Shown one piece after another: positions 1-11,188 of a DNA stretch of 64,000 nt. This stretch comes from Octopus sinensis (Eukaryota): contig NC_042999.1 of the NCBI RefSeq assembly GCF_006345805.1, positions 168,330,001 to 168,394,000 of the forward strand. Direction: 5' to 3'. A model generated the notes under the pieces. It did not search any database and was not told where the DNA came from. It saw only the letters and a program-made list of their open reading frames with translations. The first letter of the stretch is position 1. Every line of letters begins with the position of its first letter. A program made the position numbers and the translations under genes.

Positions 1-245
1 GGTTCAGCCCTCAGTCCCCTTTTATTCATCATAGTCTTCCAGGCAATAACAGAGGAATTCCAAACAGGTTGCCCCTGGGAGCTCCTCTATGCTGATGACC
101 TGGCCCTCATAGCAGAATCACTACCGGAACTAGAAAAGAAATTTTGGGTGTGGAAGCAAGGTTTAGAATCAAAGGGCCTTAGAGTAAATGTAGCAAAGGC
201 CAAAGTTATAGTAAGCAGAAAGGCGAACTCATCACACACCCCCTA
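1..245 (+). mobile_element. RTE-clade LINE reverse transcriptase fragment, cut by the window edge and internally deleted
   Basis: Frame +1 reads [40 protein letters not shown]..., nearly identical to the YADD region of the RTE ORF at 22296-23324. Confidence 0.9.
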
Positions 246-254
246 GGGTGTGTG

Positions 255-413
255 ATTGGCATTAGTGGTTGGCGTTAGGAAGGGCATCCAGCTGTAGAAA
301 CACTGCCAGATCAGACTGGAGCCTGGTGCAGCCTCCATGGCTTCCAGACCCTGGTTGAACCGTCCAACCCGTGCTAGCATGGAAAATGGACGTTAAACGA
401 TGATGATGATGAT
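255..413 (+). mobile_element. RTE 3' terminal segment with (GAT)n tail
   Basis: tggttggcgttaggaagggcatccagc...aaccgtccaacccgtgctagcatgg...ggacgttaaacgatgatgat, the same terminus as the LINE at 21446-23390. Confidence 0.85.
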
Positions 414-1860
414 ATTATATATATCAAACACACAGATACAATAAGTACTAGGCTTACAAAAAATAAATCCCAGGGTCCATTTCTTTGACTAAAGGCGGTG
501 CTCCAGCATGGCTACAGTCACATGACTGAAACAAGTAAAACAATAAATATCTATGCTATTTTAGTCCCAAGCAAGCCGGGTATGTCTGCTAATTTTGTAT
601 GACATGGAGAGATAGCTTATCTGGAAAAGCAGCTTAGACCCTACTACATGTCTAAACTCAAGGACAGAACTTTTCGGATCATGCCCATATGTGACAAAAT
701 TTTTGTTACGTTTTTGGTCCCCTCAAGACTACAGATAGAACTTGCTTTCTATATTATGTCCACACAAAAGTTTTTTATCTCATTATACCTTTTATTTTTT
801 TCATATATTTTTATATTTTCACACATAATAATATTTTCTGTACTCTTCCATCCTGCATTTTTTCTTGTGCCTATATAGATGTGTATATAGATTCATTTGA
901 ATGTGTGTGTGAATATGTATGAGTGGGCGGGTATGTATGTATATAGATGTGTGCATGCGTGCGGGCATAAGAATACATATATATATATATAGACGTTTTT
1001 ACTTAGTATTTTTACAATTTTTTCGGATTTTTGGGGCATATGTATAATCCCTTTTTTGTGTATGCGTGTGTGTGTATGCATATATAAACATGTGTGGGTA
1101 TGTACATATGGGCGTGTGTGTGTATGTGTGCATAAGGGCATGTCCGTATATGAACGTGGTTTTACGCTTTGTATACTTCCTTATGCTTTTTTCTGTATTG
1201 TTACCTTTAACCATGTTTTTTCTTGTGCTTGTGCGTATGTAGACGTATGCAGGAACTTTTACGGTGCACGTGTGTGTGTATGAGTTTGTATATATATATA
1301 TATGCATATACATTTGGCGAAAAATGCGAGTGAAGATGTGTACGTTTTCATAGTGACGTATAAGTACGCACGTGGGTGTGCGAGCGCAAATGTGAGCATA
1401 TGAGTAGGCATGCTTACGTGTTTACTATGAACTTTTAACCTTATTTTATATACGTAGCGGTCATTGAATTAGCGCTTTTATATAAGTAGCGGACTTATAA
1501 CACAGTAATTTCCCTTTGTATAACCGTCTTTTTTCATAGCGTTTTTCAGATGGTCAGATAACCGAAGAGATGGTGGTGTGGATTTCCACCTCGGCATCCG
1601 AAACTTGGCTACCGAATAATTGTCACATATTATTTTACAGATAAATTTCCTCTATTTACATAATATTGAGGTCTCTTTCTTTCTTTTGTTATCTTACCGT
1701 TTTTACCAATATATATATATATGATATATATATATTATATATATATATATATATCATATATATATATATATATGATATATATATATTATATATTATATAT
1801 ATATATATAATATATATATATATATTATATATATATATATCATATATATATATATATATA

Positions 1861-2153
1861 TACGATAGCCTCAGGCCCACCAAAGCCTTGTGAGTGGATT
1901 TCATACACAGAAGCTGTAATAAAAAGACAGTCATATATGTGCATATTGGTATGTGTGTGTGTGTGTGTTTGTACCCCCATCATCGCTTGACAACTGATTT
2001 TGCTGTGTTTATGTACCCATAACTTAGCTGTTTGGCAAAACACACAAATACAATAAATACTAGGCTTACAAAAAATAAATCCCAGGGTCCATTTCTTTGA
2101 CTAAGGGCGGTGCTCCAGCATGGCTACAGTCTCATGACTGAAACAAGTAAAAC
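1861..2153 (+). mobile_element. SINE family A (tRNA head plus CORE-like body), 5'-truncated
   Basis: Body and tail (aaagccttgtgagtggattt...ggcggtgctccagcatggc...ctgaaacaagtaaaa) match full copies at 26894 and 41280. Confidence 0.8.
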
Positions 2154-2717
2154 AATAAAAATCTATGGTATTTTAGTCCCAAGCAAGCTGGGTATGTCTG
2201 CTAGTTTTGTATGAACTGGAGTACATTTGCTCATTTGTCTGTGGTGGTCATTTTCATTGGCTGGTTTCTAATGTTGTTGTAGCCTATTATGTTGTTTTCT
2301 TTTTTAGAGAGGTTTATCTGCTCTCCAATCATATTTTGTTGTTACAACATTGGCTATGATAATTGTTATCATTTGTCAATTCATTATATGCACTGTGTTT
2401 TCATTGGTTAATTTCATTATCATTAATCTACCTGTCATTTTGTTGTTCTCAATTCTTCTCAATTAAGTTGTGATTTAGCATTTAAAATATTTCTGATAAC
2501 TTATTTTTGTAAGTGCAGCGGGATTGTTTCATATCCTGACCATCAAGTTGTTTTGCTATGCTTATTTTCTTGTTTCTTTGAAGCTGTTTCCTATTTTTTG
2601 TTATGGTTTAATAGTTGCTTGTTACAATATTTCTAATATTCTCCGTATCTTACTTTGGATCCATTGTTTTACACTTTGTCAAGTTGATTTCCTTGAACTT
2701 TCACCCTTTAGCAAATA

Positions 2718-3099
2718 GTAGGAGCACTCCGTCGGTTACGACGATGAGGGTCCCAGCTGATACGATCAACGGAACAGCCTGCTCGTGAAATTAACATGTA
2801 AGTGGCTGAGCACTCCACAGACACGTGTACCCTTAACGTAGTTCTCGTGGATATTCAGCGTGACACAGAGAGTGACAAGGCCGGCCCTTTGAAATACAGG
2901 TACAACAGAAACAGGAAGTAAGAGTGAAAGTTGTGGTGAAAGAGTATAGCAGGGATCACCACCATCCCCTGCCGGAGCCTCGTGGAGCTTTTTTGGTGTT
3001 TTCACTCAATAAACACTCACAACGCCCGGTCTGGTAATCGAAACTGCAATCCTATGACCGCGAGTCCGCTGCCCTAACCACTGGGCCATTGCGCCTCCA
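2718..3099 (-). mobile_element. SINE family C1 (tRNA-derived), full length
   Basis: Minus-strand head ggaggcgcaatggcccagtggttagg (A box) and gtttcgattacc (B box); 16-bp TSD caccctttagcaaata at 2702-2717 and 3100-3115; matches the copy at 7639. Confidence 0.9.
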
Positions 3100-3163
3100 C
3101 ACCCTTTAGCAAATATTCCACCTGTTTCATGTGGTCAGATCTGGCTTCTCATACAATATATAC

Positions 3164-3195
<32 letters not shown>

Positions 3196-3225
3196 TGTGT
3201 GTGCTAGTGTACATGTGTTCATATA

Positions 3226-4931
3226 TCAGGTTGAGTAAAAAGTAAGCAACACTTTGAAACATGAAATTCATCACAATATATTTCAAAAATGCAGAAATTT
3301 TATTCATCAAAGTAAGTACCATTACAATCGATACATTTTTGCCAATGAGTTACAAGTTTGTTTATTCTGGTAACATAAAAATCTGGAGTTCTGGAACTAA
3401 TGAACTCCTTGAATGCACTTTCAGCATTTGTTTGGTTTTTGAATCCCTTCTCTTGCAGGGAACCATCAAGGTGCTTGAAAAAGTGGTAGTTGGTAGGAGC
3501 GAGATTTTGGGAATAAGTTGGGTGGTGAAGAACTTCATAACCAAGTTCCCTCAACTTCTGGAGTGTCATTAGTGAAATGAGTGGTTGAGCATTGTCATGA
3601 AGAATGATTGGCCCTCTTCTGTTGACCAGTCTGGGATGGAGGAGTAGCAGTTTTTCATTCATTTTCATGGCAATATGTTTCTGCAGTAATGGTTTTCTCA
3701 GGTTTTAAGAAGTTTCAATGGATGAATTCAGCAGTACACCTCCAAACAGTCACCATAACCTTCCTTTTGAAGAGCTCAGGTTGAGGGAAGGTTTTCAGTG
3801 CTTCATTTTGGTCCAACCACTGCAAAGAATGTTTTTTATTATTGTACGGAATCCACTTTTCATCACAAGTTACAATACAGTTGAGAAATGGATTACAGAG
3901 AAGTAACAAGCAAATTTCATATCTGCGTATTTTCTGATTTTCATACAAATTGTGTAGTACCCATTTGTCAAGCTTTTTTGGTTTTCCGATCGCATGCAAA
4001 TGGTTGCAGACAGTTTTCTGGTAAACTTGAAGTTCTTTTTCCAGTTCTCAAGTGGTTTTAGGAGAATCTTCCTCAATCATCATCATCATCATCATCGTTT
4101 AACGTCCGCCTTCCATGCTAGCATGGGTTGGATGGTTCAACTGGGGTCTGGGAAGCCTGAAGGCTGCACCAGGCCAGTCAGATCTGGCGGTGTTTCTAGA
4201 GCTGGATGCCCTTCCTAACGCCAACCACTCCGTGAGTGTAGTGGGTGCTTTTTATGTGCCACCGACACAGGTGCCAGACAAAGCTGGCAAACGGTCACGC
4301 TCGGATGGTGCTTTTTACGTGCCACTGGCACGGAGGCCAGGCGAGGCTGGCACGGCCACAATCGGATGGTGTTTGTTACGTGCCACCCGCACGGAGGCCA
4401 GTCAATGCGGTGCTGGCTACGGCCACGTTCGGATGGTTCTCTTATGTGCCACCGGCACTGGTACTACAAACTACAAATTCCATTGATGTTGATCAATTTC
4501 GATTTGATTTTTTGATTCTTTGATTTTTGATGACAGTCTTTAATTGATTGTCATTGATGACAGCTGGGCATCCACTACTTTCACAATCTTCAAGGCTCAG
4601 GTTTTCACTGCAAAATTGTTTAAACCATTTTCAAGCTGACCACTCACTGGTCATTTCCTCACCAAATGTTTTGTTGGTATCGCAAACAGTTTCAGCTGCT
4701 TTAAGCCCTTTTTTGAAGTTGAATAGCAAAATTTCTTTGACAGTTCCATTTCAGATGGTTGTAACAACGGTGAAAATAATTTCAATGTTAATTTATTGAT
4801 GCATTTAGGAAAGTCTATGTCTGTATTATCAGGATATTGCAAAAAAATGTTTAAAAAACTTGAAAACTCTACAAAAATCTGGTACAAATTCTTCATGGTT
4901 CAAAACGTTGCTTACTTTTTACTTAACCTGA
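3226..4931 (-). mobile_element. Full-length decayed mariner transposon interrupted by an RTE fragment
   Basis: About 28-bp TIRs tcaggtt(g/a)agtaaaaagtaagcaac with TA on both flanks; transposase remnants include HTH (MELSK..FNFKKGLKAAET), IVTCDEKW, LHDNA and YSQNLAPTNYHFF, broken by stops and frameshifts. Confidence 0.92.
4076..4525 (-). mobile_element. RTE 3' UTR fragment nested in the mariner ORF
   Basis: (cat)n tail, RTE terminus and four units of the gtggcacgtaaaaagcacc repeat; splits the transposase between ...QLKTVI and IEEDSPKTT. Confidence 0.88.
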
Positions 4932-5169
4932 TAGTTGAGATGCGACAATCTAACAACTTCACAAGTAATAGAATAGCTAGTATGGAAAATGTCCCTTGGG
5001 ACATTAGAATGAGAATGCTCTATCCTCATGAATTTAACAAAGGATTTAGTCCTAAATTGCAGGAACTGGAAGTGCAACTGAGGTTTTTTCATGTGGAATT
5101 TATTTCATAAATATATTGTTTTGCTTTCTCCCTACTGTAAGGCGTTTTTTTTCCTTTATTCTTTTACTT

Positions 5170-5548
5170 TTTTCAGTCATTGGTCGGTAGCCATGCTGAG
5201 GCACTGCCTTAATGTTTTAGTCAAATAAATGGACCCCCAGTTATTAATTTTTTTTAAAGCCTGGTACTTATTCTATCAATCTCTTTTGCCGAACTGTTAA
5301 GTTACAGGAATGCAAACACACTAACACCATTTATCAAATGGTGGTGGTGAGATAAACACAGTCACAAAGACACACACACAAATATATACATGCATATACA
5401 TATAAACAATGCACTTCTTTCAGTTTCCGTCTTCCAAATTCACTCACAAGGCTTTGGTTGGCTTGAGGCAATAGTAGAAGACATTTGCCCAAGTGGGACT
5501 GAACCCAGAACCATGTGGTTCAGAAGTAAGTTTCTTACCACACAACCA
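5170..5548 (-). mobile_element. SINE family A, decayed
   Basis: Reverse complement of the family A head (...gggactgaacccagaaccatgtgg), body and tail. Confidence 0.75.
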
Positions 5549-5964
5549 TGAAAATAATTTTTTACTATAGTTTTGTGAATGGAATTGGAAGACAGAAACT
5601 GTATAGAATCCCATCCCACACATGTATGCATGTATTTGGGTGTGTGTGCGCGCGTGCGTTTGCATGTGTGCATATGTGCGAATGACACTGTCTGAGTAAA
5701 ATGTTCAAATTTCGTGTATAATAAAAAAAGTATCCCTTTCTTGAAAAACATGAAAGGTTAACTACAAGAAGGGCATCCAGCCATAAAGTGCCTCAGTAAG
5801 TCTTCATTTAACCCATACCAACATGGAAAAATGGATATAAAAGGAATGAACAGAAAACGATTACTGAATATGATAAGCACTTGAAAATGAAATACTACAA
5901 CCAAGCTGAGGATACTAGTACAAATATTTTAGAGAATAATAATTTTTCTGTCTCATGAAATGGC

Positions 5965-6110
5965 GCCCAGAAGGGCGTCCTTGGCGTTAGAAAAGGTATC
6001 CAGCCGTAGAAACTATGCCCAAACAGACAACTGGAGTCTGCACAGTTCCTGTCAAACCATCCAACTCCTGCCAGCATGGATAACAGGCGTTAAACGACGA
6101 CGACAATGAA
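5965..6110 (+). mobile_element. Decayed RTE-type 3' terminal fragment
   Basis: ttggcgttagaaaaggtatccagccgtagaaac...ccagcatgg...gcgttaaacgacgacgac; a weaker copy lies at about 5768-5840. Confidence 0.6.
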
Positions 6111-6979
6111 ATATTACAACAGTTGTTTTCAGATAGCACAGCACATCCACAGCCTTTTATATCATGTATTCTATTACGAAGATGGTGGGATAATGGGAAA
6201 GTGGTAAGAGAACTAAAAGCAACTTTTTTTAACAGTATATTTTATGTTTATTACTTGCATTTAAACACCTCTCTAAGAAATATGCCCTTTCTTTCTGACA
6301 CTCTGCATTCTCCACTAACTGACTAACCTCTTACTTCACTTACTCCTCTATCATTCCTGCCTCCTTTGTTTCTTTCTTGCAATTTCCAGTTTGTTACTTG
6401 TTCGTTTTCACACTCCTCTTTAATAAACACTAAGTTAAACGTGGTGAGATGTTATATGCATATTGCGTCAGTGCTCTCACTAATTAGGCATCCTTCAATC
6501 TTATACTTTACACAATGGCTTTAAAGGAGAGAAATAATCTGAGAAACATGAGAACCTATAAATTAATCAGAAAGTGAAGCTCATGAAAAAGTCAGATGTT
6601 TGGTACTTCGGTGGCATGTGTCTGTGAAAAGATTTTATCAAAAAACAAACATGGACACAATTAAAGCAATTAACAAACTTACTGCATTGTCTTTGAAATA
6701 TAACGTTTATCATCTGTTGATACAAGGGAGTGTACGAGAGTTTTTAAAAAATGTAAATATCAAGGAAGAGAATTATCCATCAATGATCCTCTGGTAAAAA
6801 TGTCAGTTGTATAGAAATTCACAGTTACTGCCAAACATATTAAAAATTTCGTAGGTACTGACGGATGGTTATAGAGGATCAAAAATCGCTAAGGATTGAA
6901 TTAAAAATTAAAAGTAACAATGGTGGAGCAGGCGCGCGTCATCTAAGGGAACTGAAACATTCAAAAAATGACATTTACC

Positions 6980-7212
6980 TATTTCTTTATTACCCACAAG
7001 GGGTTAAACACAGAGGGGACAAACAAGGACAGACATAGGTATTAAGTCGATTACATCGACTCCAGTGCATAACTGGTACTTAATTTATCGACCCCGAAAG
7101 GATGAAAGGCAAAGTTGACCTCGGCGGAATTTGAACTCACAACGTAACGCAGACGAAATACCGCTAAACATTTCGCCCGGCGTGCTAACGTTTCTGCCAG
7201 CTCGCCGCCTTG
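6980..7212 (-). mobile_element. SINE family B (tRNA-derived), full length
   Basis: Minus-strand head ggcggcgagctggcagaaacg, B box gagttcaaattcc, central gcctttcatcctttcggggtcgataaa; 14-bp TSD aaatgacatttacc at 6966-6979 and 7213-7226. Confidence 0.9.
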
Positions 7213-7638
7213 AAATGACATTTACCTTTTAAAGTTAGTCGTTATAGGGAGATGACACCGGCTACGAGTGCATTACTAGGCTCAATATGCATATCTTTTA
7301 CGACTGACTTTTCTCCCACATTGACGTGAAGACGTTATCAATTTTAGACAATGCATCTACTTAGCAAATTGTCAGCATAATTATGGTGAAAAATGATACA
7401 TGTTTGTGTAAACCAGTGGTACTTCACCTATCCAACCAGATCAAGACATTATTGTAATCCGCTAATGACCATACAAATGAAGCTGGATGCAGTTCTCGTT
7501 GTGATAGAAGGCAATTTTAGGAGACAAACAAGGACAAAGAACTGTCAGTAATTTCAAGAACTACAACTTAAGTCTGTGATATTTAATTTACTAACTTCAT
7601 GGAAGACACCAAAGATTATCACACTATTCTGTATTTGG

Positions 7639-8027
7639 GGGAGGTGCAATGGCCCAGTGGTTAGGGCAGTGGACTCGCGGTCATAGGATCGCGGTTTCGA
7701 TTCCCAGACCGGGCGTTGTGAGTGTTTATTGAGCGAAAACACCTAAAAGCTCCACGAGGCTCCGACAGGGGATGGTGGTGATCCCTGCTGTACTCTTTCA
7801 CCACAACTTTCTCTCACTCTTACTTCCTGTTTCTGTTGTACCTGTATTTTCAAAGGGCCGGCCTTGTCACTCTCTGTGTCACACTGAATATCCCCGAGAA
7901 CTACGTTAAGGGTACACGTGTCTGTGGAGTGCTCAGCCACTTACACGTTAATTTCACGAGCAGGCTGTTCCGTTGATTCGGATCAACCGGAACCCTCGTC
8001 GTCGTAACCGACGGAGTGCTTCCATCC
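7639..8027 (+). mobile_element. SINE family C1, full length
   Basis: A box tggcccagtgg, B box gtttcgattcc; 13-bp TSD attctgtatttgg at 7626-7638 and 8028-8040. Confidence 0.92.
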
Positions 8028-8510
8028 ATTCTGTATTTGGATCCATACTAGAAAAAGCAAAAAAAAAAAACATAAAGAAAGATAATCAAAAAAGTGTACG
8101 ACAAGGAAGCAGTATGGGATTTTGAAGGGTTCAAGTCAAAGGGCAGGCGAAAGAGATGTCACAGAAGTCAGAATCTGGCTAACAGGCATACAGCTACATC
8201 AGCAGTCTCCCAACCTGGTTTCACGGAAGACAATTTTTTCTACGGATCCGGGATTACATGTCTAATAAAAAAGAAGTGCTAATATATAATTTAATTATTA
8301 TGTCTATAATACAAATGTAATTATTACATTGAGTATTATGCCCTTTACTTCAACTCTTATATTGTAATATATACATATATGATACAACGCAAAATTAAGA
8401 AAATTATTCTTTCTGTGCGGCCTGGCATCAAATTACCCATGCCCAGCGGTTGGAGACCCCTAATCTAGATGACAAGATGGTATGTTGTAAAAAAAAACAA
8501 AAAACAATAC

Positions 8511-9051
8511 CTGAGAGAAGGCAACGATAAGCGGTATTTGTATTCTCTCATATAAGTTCTTTGACGAGTACAAAGTGCTTTCTAAGGATTGTTCGTTAAC
8601 CTGATGGTACAAAAGGTTAGGGATTTGGGATTGACCATCGTTAGACATTTATTTGTCTCTATAAAGGATTATGCGGTGATCCCTTCCAATGTATCAAATG
8701 TAGCACTTTACTGCGACGCAGACATTGCTGTGGTTAAGAAGTTTTTTATTGCATCCTCTTGCATGACAACATGAGTAAATGAACTTTGCCAATGTTTCGA
8801 ATGGGCCAAAGCCTTTTCACAGAAACTTGGTAGATAGAGATTGTGGAAGTCCTTCAGAGGGCTGATTTCCATTTTGGGGTGGTAAATTTAATCGATCATT
8901 GCCATTGTAATACCCTAACATGGCATTTAGCGGCGTCCTCTCAGTTGCAAGCATTGGGACCAAATCACCGATATGAGGAAATCTTGCTTCTTCTACAAGT
9001 GTCGGAGTCCTTGGAAAGAGCCAATGGTACTACTCTCCCTCTTCTAAATTA
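8511..9051 (-). other. Exon-like non-repetitive block (possible 5' UTR plus 46-codon start of a divergent gene, or a lncRNA exon)
   Basis: Minus strand has a long pyrimidine tract ending tttag before 9051 and cag|gtattg after 8511; ATG at 8648 is open to the donor (MSNDGQSQIPNLLY...IVAFSQ); no frame spans the whole block. Confidence 0.3.
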
Positions 9052-9524
9052 CTAAAGTAAAAAAGAAAAAGAAAAAATATCCTTCCAACTTAAAACATGG
9101 AAATCCGACAGCCGTACCTAAATTATATGCTGAGATCGCTTTACTCTTTGAAGCATGGAAAATGTAAAGCAACCAACAACGGCAATGACGACAATTGGAA
9201 ATTTGTTTGCATTAGTGAAAAAACTGATCTTTCTTGGAAATTTCTCTTTGTTTGGCGAAATATAATTCCGTTTATTTTCTGTAACTGAAGCTTATTGATA
9301 AATGTGTCTTTCAATTAACGATTATTAATAATAATTTTAGTTTTAACAATAGTTTATTTTGAATAAGTACTAATATCACTAAGAAATGGTATGTATATAA
9401 TAGTCAGAAATAACCCTGCATCTTACTGGTATTTATCTTATCTCAGAATAGATGAATTACTAGGTCATCACCGGTGGGATTTGAACGCTTATATTCTATT
9501 TGGGATTTGAACGCTTATATTCTA

Positions 9525-9920
9525 CTAGCAGTATCGCCCGGCGTTGCTCGGGTTTGTAAGGGAAATAACTATATAAGCATTTTTAGAGAGTTATAGCCAA
9601 AAAATAGCAAAAAATGCATTAAAAACGGAAAAAAAAATTACGTTAAATTTTTTTTTAAATTGTTGACTCATCGTAGACATTTTTAGAGAGTTACTTCCCT
9701 TATATAATAGCGAAAAATGCATTAAAATGGAAAAAAATTATGGTAAATTTTTTTTTTAATCGTAGACTCATCGTAGACGCGCGCTAATACCCCGAAGGGG
9801 TATGAATCACGACTATAAGATACCCGGTTTTGGTTAAACTGCACCGCAAAATGTGGGAGTAGTTAGGAATCTAAATCGTAGGAGACAGACAGCACACAAC
9901 CTCTCTTTTATATATAAAGA
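9525..9920 (-). mobile_element. Non-autonomous Helitron
   Basis: Minus strand starts TC and ends CTAG, sits between A and T with no TSD, and has subterminal hairpin cccgagcaacgccggg; copies at 54367 and 62645. Confidence 0.9.
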
Positions 9921-10032
9921 TTTGGTTCGTCTATGATAGAGAGATGCTTTTTTCAATAAGGTGATACTGAATGATGAGGGCGGTGACGATGAGGCTGTTG
10001 ACGCTGCATCATCAGAACTGGTTTAGAGTTCT

Positions 10033-10058
10033 GTCATGTGACCTCAAATATGGCCGAC
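10033..10058 (+). promoter_or_regulatory. Putative core promoter: E-box/CLEAR-like gtcatgtgac and YY1-like caaatatggccgac
   Basis: Both motifs are adjacent and directly upstream of an ATG-initiated exon with a strong donor, in a locally less AT-rich non-repetitive patch. Confidence 0.4.
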
Positions 10059-10059
10059 C

Positions 10060-10170
10060 ATGAGTAGTTGTTTAGTGTTATTGTTTTACGTGTTTGTGTT
10101 ATTGTTTACCTTTGGAGAATTCGTGCGCCTTTCTCAGGAGGATTCATGCGATCCAAGTTGTTCTATTCTG
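10060..10170 (+). CDS. Candidate first coding exon of an unidentified host gene, signal-peptide-like N-terminus
   Basis: 37 codons MSSCLVLLFYVFVLLFTFGEFVRLSQEDSCDPSCSIL then CTG|gtgagt (phase 0). Hydrophobicity may reflect T-richness; an alternative start ATG CGA TCC (MRSKLFYS, phase 1) also exists. Confidence 0.45.
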
Positions 10171-11067
10171 GTGAGTATTGTCAGAGTTTAACACAACTTT
10201 TGCGCCTATCGTTGTTTATGTTTTGTGCAAGGTGCTCGAACCATGCGGAGAGGGAAGGGAGCTAAGAGCGAACTCAGAGTTGGGAATTTGTTTACGAGGC
10301 CCTTAATTGCATCTTTAGATCCATTAAAACCTCATACTTTGCGCTAGAACACCTACCCGAAGTCTATTCCTACGTATTCATCTACAAATTATCGCTTGTG
10401 AAAACTACCTGAATGTTTTTCCGTCTAAGTTCTCCCAGGATTTCCTCAGATTCAAGTGTTTTTCTTTAATGCATTCAACTCCCGCCACAAAAAACGAAAG
10501 AAAAAAATATCCTGTAAAATTAGAATCACATGTGTAGAGAGAGAGAGATAGTCGGAAAAGATATGTTTAATTCGGTCAATTTGCATTCCTCTTTCTCTTT
10601 GTTATTTAAAAGGCATCATAGGTTAATATCTCAAATCAATATATGTTATATTTGGAGATGGAGACAAGATATTAAGTGTTTGTTTTGTGAAGGAAACACA
10701 AATTTAGAAAAACATTAATGCCAAGAAGTGGGAGGAAAGGCGTAGCATGCTTTTTGTTTAGAAGAACGTCGGAAAAATCTAGAATTCTGTCTTCAAGTGT
10801 TTTTGTCTCGCCTAGATGTAATAAGTTGGCAGTTGCCTACTTTCTTCTTGCTTTGTCAACAGTCTAATCCCGATTATTTTGATGTGTTAGCATTACACTG
10901 TCACCTCTAATTTATACACGCACCTTACGTGTGTGTGTGTGTCTATATATATATATATACATACATGGGAGGACAATTATCGTGTGTGTGTATATATATA
11001 TACATTGCAACTATATATCTATATATATGTGTGTGTGTGTGTGTGTGTAATAGAAAGGTAATTGTTC

Positions 11068-11101
<34 letters not shown>

Positions 11102-11154
11102 CATGGAAGGACAATTATCGTGTGTATATATATACATTGCAACTATATATATAT

Positions 11155-11188
<34 letters not shown>

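Larger units (their letters stand above)
6690..8100 (+). mobile_element. pogo/Tigger (CENP-B-like) transposase relic interrupted by two SINEs
   Basis: Degenerate translations LSINDPLVK...NFVGTDGWL*RIKNR*GL (CENP-B-type HTH), ILDNAST and IQPDQDII (DDE_1-like motifs); ends approximate, no TIRs resolved. Confidence 0.6.

Noticed and set aside
7639-7720. tRNA-like sequence with A and B boxes (also at the heads of SINE families A, B and D)
   Set aside because: Each continues into a SINE body with a tail and often a TSD; these are SINE heads, not tRNA genes.
9476-9524. 23-bp tandem duplication next to the Helitron 3' end
   Set aside because: Both copies are on one side, so it is not a TSD; probably slippage within an old SINE remnant.
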